DNA of 61,441 bases, the filler included, from Dugesia japonica (taxonomy: Eukaryota), in NCBI GenBank assembly GCA_001938525.1. It is 5 parts of 5 records of this genome, joined end to end, with 100 filler letters (N's around TTAATTAATTAA, not from the genome) between each part and the next. Parts side by side here need not be neighbours in the genome. Positions count along the whole stretch, not along the records: positions 21,665 to 31,627 come from MQRL01422848.1; positions 31,728 to 52,036 come from MQRL01626219.1; 3 more parts are not named here. One strand, given 5' to 3'. The position numbers and the translations under genes were made by a program. Below, piece by piece: positions 23,600-36,879 of the stretch. A model generated the notes under the pieces. That model was not told the DNA's origin, made no database searches, and saw only the letters and a program-made list of their open reading frames with translations. The stretch's first letter is position 1; every line of letters begins with the position of its first letter.

Positions 23600-25180
23600 A
23601 ATGGCGGATTCAAGGGAACTATGGTTTATCTTGATGACATCCTGATATTTACGAAGAATAAAGATCAACACTATAAAGTCATTAAAAAAGTATTGATGGA
23701 AATAATGAAGGCTGGTTTAATAATTAATCTAAAAAAGGTGTCAGTTTCTTCAAAACAAAATCAAGTTTGTTAGACACATAATTAATCAAGATGGTGTAAA
23801 AACTGATCCGTCTAAAAAAGAAGCAATGAAAACATTTGGAAAACCTAACGGTGTGAAGACGTTACAAAGTTTCTTGGGAATTTGAATTTATTAAAGTACG
23901 TTTATAGAAAACTACATAAGAAAGTCAAAAATATTAGAGCAGTTGTGTAGCGGATCAAGCAACAAGAAATTAGAATAGACGGATAAAATAAACGATAGTT
24001 TTAAGGGTCTAAAGAAATCTCTAATGACTGCACTAATATTGTGTTTTCCGGACATAAACAAAGAATTTATATTAGATACAGATGCTAGCTTTAACACAAT
24101 TGGAGCAGTATTGTCACAAAAAGATAAACAAGTAAGAGAAAGAGTTGTTGCCTATAGATCACACTCAATGACAAGTCATGAAAAAAGATACTGCATTAAA
24201 CTAAAGAAATTATTGGCGGTTTAGAATTTCTCTATGCATTCCAAACATTACTTGTACGGTAGAAGATTTACTCTTAGAACAGATCATAAAGCTCTAGCTT
24301 TCATGATGACTAGAAAGAAACCAATAACGTCACAATTTCAGACATCGATTAATTATCTGAGCAGTTTAGATATGGTTTTAGAATATAGAAAAAGAATTCA
24401 ACATGGTAATGCAGATATGTTATCTAGACCAAGATGTGAAGTATGTATACAAGGTCAAATGTCACATGAAAATGCCAAGAAAGAGAAAATTAAAACGAGA
24501 ATACTAAACATGATTGAAGTTACCAATTTATTTGTAATGATATTCACAGATATATGTTGACCAATGCGTGAAACAAGTGGACGTTAAAAATACATTCTTG
24601 GAATAATCGACCAGTACAGTAAATATCCTTTTTCTATACCATTGTCTAGGCAAGACAAGGAAACAATACGAAAAGCTATTTTTGAAAAGTGGATATTGAG
24701 ATTTGGATGTCCAAGAGAGATAAGATTAGATTGTGGAAAAGCTTTTGAATTCAAAGATAGTTTGCACTGAAATTAGATAATAAACTTTGCTTTTTGATTC
24801 CCTATCATCATAATGCAAACGAACAAATTGAAAGACAGTTCAGGACAATTCAAGATTTAATTAATGCAAAATTTCAGGAAAGAATGATAACAGGTTGAGG
24901 AGATCTTTTTAAGAAAATAGAATTTACAATAAACGCAACAAAACAGAAGTCGACTGAAAAGAGCTCATCTGACATCGTTTTTGGAAAGAGGATTAGCAGA
25001 GAAAAGTGGTAAAAGTCAGACATTTCAGATAGAACTAAGGAAAACATATCAAACCTGATTACTAAAAGAGAATTCAAAGTTACCGATGTTGTTTCCATCA
25101 AGGTAAAAAAAATAAAAATCAAGATAGATTTGAAGGATCTACGTGATTTATAACTATTTTTACCAAGAAAATTGGTGGAT
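23600..25180 (+). mobile_element. Ty3/gypsy pol fragment (RT-RNaseH-integrase)
   Basis: VYLDDI, LDTDAS, TDHKAL, HGNADMLSR, IIDQYSK motifs. Confidence 0.9.
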
Positions 25181-25234
25181 TGCAATCATTACCTAATTTT
25201 TACCTAAACTTTGCATCAAATTGATTTAATGGGG

Positions 25235-25542
25235 AAACTAAAGACAATATAGACGGATCAAAAAAACCCAGCAGGTTTTAAATGCGTAGTAAAATTAATG
25301 AAAGCAGTTCAAAAACAAAAAAAGACTAGTTATCAAGTGAACAGCCTAAACAAGCCAATGTTGAAAAGATTTCCAACAAGAGCATATAAAACATATGATA
25401 TTGATGATTTATGGCAAATGAATATAATGAACATGATTCCATATTCGAAAATTAATAAAGGTTATATTAAAGTATATTTTGACATGTATAGATATTTTAA
25501 TAGATTTGCCAGAGCTGTCCCAGTTAAATTAAAATCCACTAT
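25235..25542 (+). pseudogene. Polinton-type integrase N-terminal fragment
   Basis: KNPAGF, KP..KRFP.R...IDDLWQM...YSKINKGY...ARAVPVK; stops at the AGTAG terminus at 25543. Confidence 0.75.
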
Positions 25543-27129
25543 AGTAGGTAGATAGTAGCGCACTAAGCCACCCCTCCGCTGACAAGATCAAATTGGCTGG
25601 ATATGCTCTAATCTGACTGGTTGAAATTTTCTTTTTAAGGTCAAAGCGGCTCATTATACTCAATTCTGATTGATTGAAATAATTCAAGGTCCGATTGACT
25701 TAGTATACTCAGTTCTAATTGGGAAAATATTTCAAGGTTAAATGAAAGCTGGTCTAAGTCATTTCCATGACAACTATTTGTAGGTGAATGTAAACTTTCA
25801 TTCAAACAGGCTTATTAATTACCCTAACCCTTAATCCTCGTGCCGAATTAATATTATTAATTCCCACGCAGACTTAATATTAATAATCCCCGTGCCGATT
25901 TAATATTAAAATTCGCTGAGCAGACTTAATATTATTTATCCTCGAAAAAGTATTTAATACAGTAATAAAGAACAAATAAATTTAAATTTAAATTAACATT
26001 TATTAAATAACAAACTAAATTAATTAACATAAATTTATTAACATTGTTTTTCATTAGACTCAGGATAGATAGATTAGATAAATTTTCTCTTCAAATTTTT
26101 CTTCTTTCCAGAACAATGTTCACAATAAATATCTTCTTTATGATATTCGTTGAATATGTTTATAACCTTTTTGATACCAACTCCGGTAATATGTTTAATT
26201 TTAAAACCATAACAATTCTGGTGCACAGTATAGTATTTCTTTTCTTAGTTTTGGATAATTAATTTCAAGTAATTCAATGAACAACTCTGAAAAATAATTA
26301 ATAAAATTTAATTTAAATTAAATGAAATCTTTATCAAATATATTGGTTGATTTTTCGAATAGGTCCGTACCTTTATTAATCAGTATTTTTTCTTCTATCA
26401 TTGTTACATCTTCAACTGTCTGTAAATCAACTATCATTTTTACACCATCTAGAATAATTTCTAAGTTATTCATTATTTAAATAATAAATTAATAAAAATA
26501 ACTTACCAATAGCTTCAAAAAATGTTTCCTTCTCCTCTTCTTCATTCAATTCTACAAAATTTTGTTGATTTTAATGAGAATAATTTATATCAATATATTC
26601 AGCCATATCATCTATAACTTTATCTAAATTCATTGTTAATAAAATGAAACATGTTGATTTTGTTTATATTTCCCATTGTTTCAACTTCATTTTCTTTGTT
26701 TAATTTGCATTCTTATTGCGCACCTGCACTACTCATGCTCTTTGTATACTTGCATTTGAGTTTTATTGTCTTTTGTTAACCTGCATTCATGTTGCACAAG
26801 TATGACTCATGTTATTTGTTTTTATTGCATTGGTGTTGTCATTTCTTTGTTTAAAATGTATTCGAGTTGCACAAGTATGACTCATAGTTTTTTCTTGAAT
26901 TGCATCTGTATTGTATTTTCCTTGTTTCAATTTTTTTATTGAACTTACAATTTTGAGCCCTAAATTAGACTGATATACTCTCAATCAATATTGGTGGTCC
27001 TAAAGAGGACCGGTACACGTTTACATATATACAATTCTTCTTTTTCCTTATTATAAAGTTAAATATTATCTAAAATAAAATAATTTTTTACTTTAAGATA
27101 GATTGAAGTGATCTTGATTAAGGAAAAGT

Positions 27130-30050
27130 ATTACAATAAATAATGACCGTATGGTAAGCTTAAATTTTTCTCTGTCCATACTCACTTATCATCCTTATTA
27201 GATCGAGCTACTTTTTTACTTTTGATACTGTAGAGCTGATGATCCTTTGATGTTATTCGAAAATGCTCTACTGAAACCATTCATTATTATTATAACAATC
27301 AAGGTACGACTGATGAGAAATGTTAGTACCTTTTAATGTTATGCCTTTAGCTTTTATTGATTCTTTCTCACTAAGTAGACTATAACACTTCGGTCTCAAA
27401 AATATCCATTCTTGATATTTCTTTCTTTTACTATCATCCTTGAATTTTCCAATTACTGAATTTGTACTATTTCTGTAAAAGGGATGACTTGTGCTGTGAT
27501 TGGATGTCTCCAATAGCTAATCCTTCATCATTAATCCGGTTAGTTTTTCTAAACTTATGTCTACCACTTCTAAGAAAAAACTATCCGTATCGCCGGCTAC
27601 TATATTTATCTTACAATTCTCTTCCTGTCTGTACTTTTCCAATTCAATGTACTGTAATTTGTACATTCTTAACTTACTTAAGTCAAGTACAGTTTGTCTA
27701 ATGTAGCTCGGTCGATCCAAACAAACCATGTCTTTATTCATCAAAACAGCTATAAAATCATCATCAATTTTAGTTGTTTTTTTGAATCGAGCTTTTGATA
27801 TATATTTAATCAATTTATGAGCTGAATTACACAAGCGCAGATTCATTCTCTTCTTTAAGTTCTTAACTGTTTTACCATACAGGCTATTATTTAAAAATTT
27901 ATAACAATTCTTCTCCAAATCTGATTTTACACTCTTAATTTAGTGTTAACATCTATATATCGTTTGAAATTAGATGCCTGACTGAACTTTACTCCTCTAT
28001 ATACCTTTGTTATTTGTACACCCAATTGCAAATAAATTTGGAGTAATCTCCAATGTAAAACATAATTTTCTTTCGGGTAATGAGTCAGCATTAATCTTTT
28101 CACATTACTACCTGGAGCACTTTGATGTTCTGCTGCAAAAGGTAAATCCTTCAGTTTATCCTTGATTTCTGCTGATATAACCATATCTACTTCTAATGTG
28201 TATCCATGGTAACGATTCGAGATCTCCTATTCTACATTCTTCCAATACTGAATGCAATCCAGTATATACCCACTCAAAATCGGCATAGGACAATTTCTGA
28301 CTTAATTTCCGTCTATATGGATTATTAATATATATATATATACAATAAATCTGTGTTTTCATTACTAACAACATGCTGTTTATTTACAAATGTTAGCCCT
28401 CCTCGTATACCCCCTTCAAAAAAAGTATACATAATTATCAGTCAAAAGTTCAATTGGTTCATTTAATGACATCAACGCAGATGCCCGACTCATACCCGCG
28501 ATGCCAAATAATGTTAATGGCACCAAATTATTATGTTAATGTTAACAAAAACACATCTTTTTTCAAAAATACCATCATATAATCCAAAAGATTGTTGCAT
28601 CATGTTATAGTCCACATTTCCACTACTTTTCCAGAACTTGCAAACTGGTTGCATAATTATAAGGAAATTTTCCCATTGACATTGTAATTCTGCTGTCTTT
28701 AAATTCATTTGTTGTCAAAAGTGTCTTTTTTAAGGATTTGACTGCTAAGTCCAATGAAGAGTTTATAAATTATTACGAGTCAATAAATCTGATTGTAATG
28801 AGGCAAAGGAATTTTTGAGATGTTGTTGGTATACAAGATAGGGTTCAATGTGTAAATTTATTTAATTAGTACTTTAATATGTTGTGAAGGTCATATCCTC
28901 TCAAATTATGGAATACTACTGGTAATTGATAATTGATTCTTCTGCTTAAATTGCATTTATTACAGAACGCTCCTATATACTTGCCTGTAAAATGGTAATA
29001 ATTCCAAACTGAATTACTTTAAGCTTTTTACACAAATGACATATTGAACTATTTTTAAATTCCATTTCTTCATCCGAGTTCTTTATAAGTTTCTTTTTTC
29101 TTCTTTAATATAATATGGATATACTATATCATTACCGATTTCCTCCACTGCCATTAGGAATTCATGTACACATTCATTTCCAATAAACTGACTGTATTTC
29201 ACTTCGTTGGTAAAATTATTTACCAACAACAGCCCAGCTGAAACAGGTAAATGTTTCTGGAAATGCTTTTCATCATTTGGTAATACTGATTCAAAATCAG
29301 CATATATAACAAAGGATGGAGTTATAGTTTTGGAGTAATCTTGAAACTCCAGATCCGTTTCTGTTGGCATCCTATATAATGTGGTGCCTGTCTGAACTTT
29401 CTCGCAAATTGGTTCATGAGTCTTATAAACCGTATTAACCTTGAATCCGTTGAAAAAATTTACACACCAGATTGATTGAATTCAAACACCACCCTTTTTA
29501 ATATCTCTGTTCATCAATCTATTCAAATTCATTACGGCAGTGTAATGAAATTTGTTGGCATCTTCCTATAACAATAAATTAATTTTTCTCCATCACATTT
29601 AGACCGATGTATAATGTCTAAATTCTGATGCTTCATGATAACATCATCATTGTCCTCTACTGATTGAGGGTTCCCTGAGAAAACATTAATTGATAATCTC
29701 TGATTTTGCTTTTCAAATTTTGGTATATGAACAATCTTTATTGGCATGTCACCTTCATCAAATACAAGATCGGATATAAAGTCTTTATATTTTGCAGCTG
29801 GATATCTATGAAAATTGGTCCAATCATCTTCAATTAACTGAGATCACATCTTTATTTCTTTATCTGTGATAACATCTTCTTTTCTTTGCTTCGATAGTGG
29901 GCCATCTATCTCTTTATCTAATACCATCCTCAGTAATTGTTTTTTATTTGTTGTAAACTGCTTTAAGTGGTCTGCATGCAACCTATAAAAGTCTAAATAT
30001 TCACCTATTCCTATAGACCTACATGATGGACATATGTAATACTTTTCTTC
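27130..30050 (-). pseudogene. Protein-primed DNA polymerase B
   Basis: YADFES, FHNLRGYD, KFLNNSLYGK, GDTDS, GKFKD, LRPKCY motifs; frameshifted. Confidence 0.92.
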
Positions 30051-30729
30051 ATAAAAAATTGTGAATAGTATCTCTCCATAGTACTATGGCAGTCGCCTTT
30101 ATGAGTCTGATTTGCACAATAATGTTTGTAGAATGTACAACATTCTGGAAAAAATAAGTTGTATTACGTTTATTAAATTATTAAAAGTTCATTTAAAAAT
30201 TAACATAAAATAAATTATAAAATAAAAACTTACTTTTATCATAAATAGGAGCATCAATAACAACCATCAACTGTTGACAATAATTTTACTTTAATAAAAC
30301 TCTTCCTCTTAATACCTCTTCCACCTTGATTTTAATTATTATAAATCTAAAATAAAATTAATAATCATTAAATAATAAAATTAAATTCACATTATCCATC
30401 ATTAAACTTGTTGAATTCATATTTTTATTATCGTTTATATTGTTCATAAACTGAAAGCGTATAATAAATAATAATAAAACTAATGCAAATACTTTACCTT
30501 TTCTTCGCTCAACAATGTTCTCAATATGCTTTTATTATTATTGTTTATAACCTGAAAATTATATATATATATTTATAAATTAAAGAAATATAAAAAATAA
30601 CAAACTTACGTATCAAAATTATCGCTTTAAACAACAGTTTTTTGAAAATTATGAAGAATTTTAAAACGTAACTACTTTTAAAATGTCAAATTAATTTTTC
30701 ATTTGCATTTGTATGCATGTATTTTAATT

Positions 30730-30900
30730 TTTTTATCCCCTTTAAAAGTGTCTATCCCATATTTTCTATCCCGATTGTATGCGTGTATCATATATTTTCT
30801 ATCCCCACCAAACTATTTGTGTGTGTATTAAATTTTTCTATCCAAATTGTATGTGTGTATCATAAATTTTCTATCCCCTTTATAAGTGTGTATCAAAAAA
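30730..30900. repeat. ~35-bp degenerate tandem repeat
   Basis: TTTTCTATCCC...GTGTATCA unit about 5 times. Confidence 0.75.
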
Positions 30901-30926
30901 TTTTAAAATACCACAACGTAGTATAT

Positions 30927-31217
30927 TTAGTTGTGACAAGAAATAATTTTTTGATAGAATAATTTAAAGTACTGCAACGGTTTCAATCTCTTGCTCCAAT
31001 TAGAATCAAATATCTTTATTATTTTCATGTTAATCTTGCAAAATTCTGATTGTGTTAACCCATGTTCTTCATTTGCACCTCTATACCAATATATTTTGTT
31101 AAATTTTGATTTAAATAAATTCGATTTTTGTAACTTGCATACAAATAAGGTTTTACCAATGCCGCTTGGACCCACAACTTGATAAACAGCATCATTTTTC
31201 AACTCCATTTTATGCAT
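30927..31217 (-). pseudogene. Polinton packaging ATPase N-terminus
   Basis: Walker A GPSGIGKT then FNKIYWY; truncated; next to pPolB. Confidence 0.75.
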
Positions 31218-31588
31218 TTATAATTTAATACATTGTTTATAATACAACTGCTCTTTGTTTAAATAAATCCTTTTATTTTTTGAGTAATACGTATGCAATA
31301 CAGTTGCAAATTTAATAAAGAAAGTGCCATACAAACTCAAGGAAAACAACGGAAAATATTCATAAATTTTCTTGGACATATAAATAGATTTAAAATAAAA
31401 ATTTCAAGACACAAAAATAAAAATTTAAACATTTCTTAAAAAAAATTGAAAAAAAAATTTAAAACTAAAAAAAATATTAATAAAAAAAATTTTAAATAAA
31501 TAAAATTTAAAAAAATTTTAAAATAAATAAAAAAATTTGAAAAAAAACAAAATTTGAAAGAAAAGTGAAAAAAAATGAATACATATAT

Positions 31589-31627
31589 AGTAGATAGATA
31601 GTGGCGGACATAGCCACCTTTGTACGA
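31589..31627 (+). mobile_element. Second Polinton-like terminus running into a gap
   Basis: AGTAGATAGATAGTGGCG..AGCCACC matches the 25543 terminus in direct orientation. Confidence 0.65.
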
Positions 31628-31840
31628 NNNNNNNNNNNNNNNNNNNNNNNNNNNNNNNNNNNNNNNNNNNNTTAATTAATTAANNNNNNNNNNNNNNNNN
31701 NNNNNNNNNNNNNNNNNNNNNNNNNNNAAGCTTTTATATTAAATGAATAATATGTAATATTAATTAATATTTCATTAAATTCAAATTTATTATGAATATT
31801 TTGTATTTATTTATTAGTTTGGATTTTTTACTTTTAATAG

Positions 31841-32204
31841 ATTTTGGTAATATTATTTATGCTGCAATGTTTAGTATTACAATCCTATGCTAATTGGTTA
31901 TGAATTAAATGGCCATGTAGCTTTTAATGTAAATGAAATAGAACCAGACGGATTTGTGAAAAATAATGGCGTTTCTTATTTTGAAGGTAATTTAAATACA
32001 TTTAAGGATTGTGTAGAAACGGATAATTATCAAATGAGGTAAAAGATATTTGGATTCACTTATAATAATTTATTCAATTTTAGATCTTTTAATAAACGAG
32101 ACTATGTTGCTAGATAAATGCTATTGCAATAGAAAACACTAAAATATTTTACTTTTATTGTACTGATAATTGTAAAATTAATAAATTTAAAACTCTTGCT
32201 TTAC
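31841..32204 (+). pseudogene. Possible spliced gene remnant, unknown product
   Basis: Exon-like segments bounded by taatag|, |gtaaaa, ttttag| and |gtaaat around a 45-nt intron, but frames are broken. Confidence 0.3.
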
Positions 32205-32559
32205 GTAAATTTGATAATTTAATGAAAGTAATGTTTAACGCCTTTTATTATAATTTATATCAATGATGGGGAACTTTTATTGTATCGCAAAAAAACTTAA
32301 ACAGCACAACCATGAAATAAAACCTAATAATGTTTAAAAAGTGAGAAAGAATTTCATAAAACATTAATATTTTTGATCGGTTAAAACGCTGAGATTGTTT
32401 ATCAGCGAAAATTGCCCCAAAAATTAAAGGAAATAATTTTTGTTACTAATTTTATAATTACAAATTAAAAAACTGAAAAACCTATTAGATATGTAAAACA
32501 TTTTAGATATTTTCCTTAAATTCCCATGAATGTGTTTTCCTACATCCAGATTTATTCAA

Positions 32560-33600
32560 TTCTTTAGGTCCATTTATAAATTAATCACGTTTATAAACGT
32601 TTCATTGAAGCTTTAAATGTGGGATTTACTAGAATATTTACAAGTTGTAAATATAACGCAATATGAGGAGGAATAAAAATGCAGTTTAAATTTTCTGCCT
32701 TTAATTTCGTCTAGCTTCTTTGTGAGCAACAACTGAGTCAACTAGTAACAATCTTTTAGTTATTCTTTTAAATGGCTCTGTAATATTCAGGCATGATTTA
32801 ATTCATGTTTTCATGATAATGTTTCTGATTTGCTTGTAATAATAAATAAATCTTTCTTTATTCCTTTGAGAATAACCATTATTTTACATATTGTAACTGT
32901 TGCAGAAATTTCTACTTTTATTATGACCGGCGCCATGAGCTTCTGTATTCTTTTCCCTTCTAAATGATATTGTATGTATAAGTATCAGATCTATATATAA
33001 TGAAGTTTCATCCGCGTTTTCTATGTCATTTAATAAATGGGATAAGTTTTCAAATTCTTGAATTGTAGTTTTTATTTCATTCAATGGCTGAATGTCTTCT
33101 TGTTATTTTTATGGATGATAAAGCATTTCGTTTCATTAACTTATTTACTCTGTTATTGATTACTTTAAAATCCAATATATTCAAATCATCTGTTGTTTAG
33201 CATATAATTTATTATTATTTTATGTATAAATCTTTCATTATAAACACAATTATACGGCTTATTCTCAAGCTCTGGATAAAAGGTTTTCCTTCCCGATCCA
33301 ACATGCTTTGTTTTATCATTACTAGAAGTTAATAGGATTTTTTCTTCCGATTTTTTCGATTCCCTAAGCATTTTATTTTTAACTTTCAAATCGCGGGATA
33401 TTTGATATATTATTACCTTCTTTTTTAATTGCTTTCAATTTTTCTTTGATTGCATAAGATTTTCTACTCATTAATGGGTTTGAAAAATTATGTCAATTGA
33501 TTATTTTAACGAATACGCAAAAAAGATTTATAATTATTAAATAATAATATCCCAAAAATGAGACCACCCGAAAATAAGACGTATGGAAAAATCTGGTTTT
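32560..33600 (-). mobile_element. pogo/Tigger-like transposase remnant
   Basis: GSGRKTFYPELE (CENP-B HTH linker) and NADET motifs. Confidence 0.75.
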
Positions 33601-34099
33601 TTAAAATATAAATCACCTTTAAATTTTAAAACGATAAATCATGTGATAAACGATAAATCAACTGTAATAAATTGTGACTTAAATTATATATAAAAAAACT
33701 TCACATGTTAATTACTTCACTTTTTTGGAGAAGCGAAGATAGAAAAATAAATTCCTGTTATTAGTGTTTTATTACTTTTTCGATTGTTTTACATTACATA
33801 ATATACATTACATAATTGGGTCTCAGTTATTGAATTTATAGAAAAATAAACCTAGACTGATTTTATAAGAAAACAATACCAACATAAAAATATATAAACT
33901 TAAATTTTAATTTATACATTAGCATTGTAACATTAAAATAAATTAATTATCAACTTCATATTACAGTAAACTCCGTTTAAATGAAAGTTTTTAGAGAAAA
34001 AATACTTACATTATTTGATCCAGTTTTGTGTAATTTGATCCAAACTGAGTTTTATTCGAAAAAGAACCCTTACTAAATAAATACAAGCATGTACTCGAA

Positions 34100-35040
34100 C
34101 TACGGGTTGCAAGTAGCCGGTTCTATTACGAAGGCCAGGATAAGGGCACCGGACCTTATTCTTTGGGGCGTTCTACCAGGTTTATTATGAAAACCCTAAT
34201 CAGATATAAACGAAAGCTTGGTTAACCTAGCTAAAACACCAACATTCAAAAACTTCTTGTATCCATATCGGTTGTAATTTTTTAACAGTGAGAGCTATTC
34301 AAGTATTTGCGTTTACTCTTAGAATAAATTGATCCTGTAAAATACTTTTATATGATCTCCCCAATTATCTTGTATTCCGAAAGCTTTCTTGGCTAATGGA
34401 TTTAATTCAAAGACAAATTCACGAACGGATTCTCCGAAATTATGAGTTATTTTATAAAATTTCGTGCGCATTACACAACTGACATCACCAATTAAAAGTT
34501 TGGCTGCCATTGCATTTTTACAATGAATCCGTGTATTCAATTTTGTGTCTCTATTTAACTGACAATAAGCATCTCGAGCTGCACTTTTCAAATGTAATGG
34601 TAGCCTCAATACCATAATTCGTTCTGATCGTCCATAAGCCTTAGAGTACATGAAATAATCTCTCATAAAATTAATGAAACTGATAGAATCACCTCCATAT
34701 GGTGATACTGGTAGTTTTTGACAATTAGCTACATCATTATTTAGAATATTTTTGGTACTCATATCGATTTTATTTTCTACTTTTACAATTTTATTTCTCA
34801 AGTTATATTGCCGTTTCTCGACAATCTGTTTTTGTTTGCCTTTGAGCACTGAAAAGTTAATAAATTACCACAAATATAAATTATGCCTGCCACTAAGCTA
34901 AAGTAATACCGATGCTTTGCAAATAATATGCAACACAAACCCTCAATTTTTCATAACTAATAGCATATCCAATATACAATATGGCCTTCAAACCATAATA
35001 AAATATTTTTTCGGCTCACTAACAAATGTTGGGGTTTCCG
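34100..35040 (-). mobile_element. Gypsy LTR end, PBS-like sequence and gag remnant
   Basis: Minus strand CCCCAACA (35027), then TAGTGAGCCG (TGGCGAGCC-like), then gag-like ORF (LPLHLKSAAR..Y, GESVREF). Confidence 0.6.
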
Positions 35041-36879
35041 ACTAAAATGTTCGTTTATATAACTGACTCCTTGATTTCGGATGAAGGTCCGAAGTTCATG
35101 TTCTCAATTAAAAACAACGTTTACACATTATCAAGTAATTTAAAATAAATCTTTTTTTACAAAAATTTAAAAATTTTAACCACTGATCAGTGAAAATTAC
35201 TGAAAAAATGATTTTATTTAAAATAAAATGTTTTAAAAGCAAAAGATCAGAATTGCTGTTCTTCTTTTTTTACCATTTTTTCAATATTTCGGCTATGCCT
35301 TCTTCCGTAAATTCTGATTATAAACTTTGAAATAACAATTAAAATTAAATTCATTTGATTAAATTTAATTTCTATTGGATATTATTTATAATTTTGAATT
35401 CATTGAAAATAGCCACGGTTAATTGTTTGCCAAGATTAAAATAAATTTTTTTTTACAAAANTTTAAAAATTTTAACCATTGATCTGTGAAAATAACTGAA
35501 TAAACAGTGACAAGCTAATTGCGCTGACTTTGATTTCTCTGCTAAAAAAGATGCCAGCGATAGTGAGTCCATTGAGGATAATTAAATTCAAAGTGTTCCC
35601 TTTCCTCAGTTGGTTCTTCGCACCATTTCTACTTAGTGTCTATTTTTGTTGTTTTTCTACAGCATTCTTCTAGCCAAACCAAGATCTAAAGTCTTGAGGA
35701 GGATTTTTCGGCTTAAGAGACAGTCTTCGTTTATCTTGGTGCAGTTTGCGTGTTGTTCCCACATTATGCTCAATGTCAATAACGAATTATGCAATAGATA
35801 AGTTTGTAGGTACTAAATTTTATTTTAATTGCTTCATTGCTATTTAATAATTATGTATGTAATCAGAATTTTTTAATAATACTGTATAATATAAATTTCA
35901 AGCATAATGGATTTATTATTTCTTAACTATTAATAATTATAATAAATTTTAACTTTTGCAATGATTTTAGTTTACAACAGTATTATAAAAGCTGTTGTCA
36001 ATGATATTGTAGACATTTATTGTAGACAATTATTGTAGACAAGAATTTAATTTCTGAAATATGGTATTGAAATGAAGATGGTGGTGATATTAATGATGAA
36101 TAAGTCCTGAATCGTAATTTAGTAAACCTAATGCTAGCAGCAAATAAAGATGGGCCTCAGTTCTATTAATTGAATAAATTTTAAATATTTTTCGGAAATT
36201 ATTTTCCTTTTTATTGATTTATTCCTCAAATAATTGTTTTTCTCCAACATATTAATTTATTTCTTGATTATTAACCAAATAATGCTGCTCTTTTTTAATC
36301 ATTCTCTTTTTTCTTGATATTATTGCTGTCTTGCTATTTTACTAAAGAAATGTTTTCTTAATTTTTTTTAATCCAGAGACGTGGCTACTTTCTTCTTCTA
36401 GCTATGTATAGTTTCGTTGACTTTGTTTTGCAATATTCTTTTCCAGTTTCTGTTATAATTAATGATCCTCTACGTTACTATGTTTTTGTTATTAGATAAT
36501 TTCGGATATTGTTTTTATCGAATTATGTTTCTATCTGGTTTTGGGCTTAGATATCTATTTTATAAGATTAGCTCAATCCTTACTGTTTCGTATGCTTCAG
36601 GTATAATTTTTGAATTTTATGATTATAAATCAGACATTCTCTTTAATTGCATTAAATTTATCTTGATCCATCATCAAATAAATTCAGATAACTTTTAATC
36701 AGAATGGTAAGTCATAATTTTTAATTTGAATTATTTTTAGTTACAACATCTTCATTCATTTTCATAATCGAATAATAATAATCAAATACTAAGAATATTT
36801 ATTTAATTAAATATTCGCTTGTTATATTTATTATTTAAACAAATCCTTTTTTAAATTTTCATAATTCTTTCCTTCTTCA

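Larger units (their letters stand above)
25543..31260 (-). mobile_element. Polinton/Maverick partial element (terminus, pPolB, ATPase)
   Basis: AGTAGGTAGATAG terminus, subterminal ~39-bp and ~25-bp repeats (25590-25950), pPolB and ATPase on minus. Confidence 0.85.
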
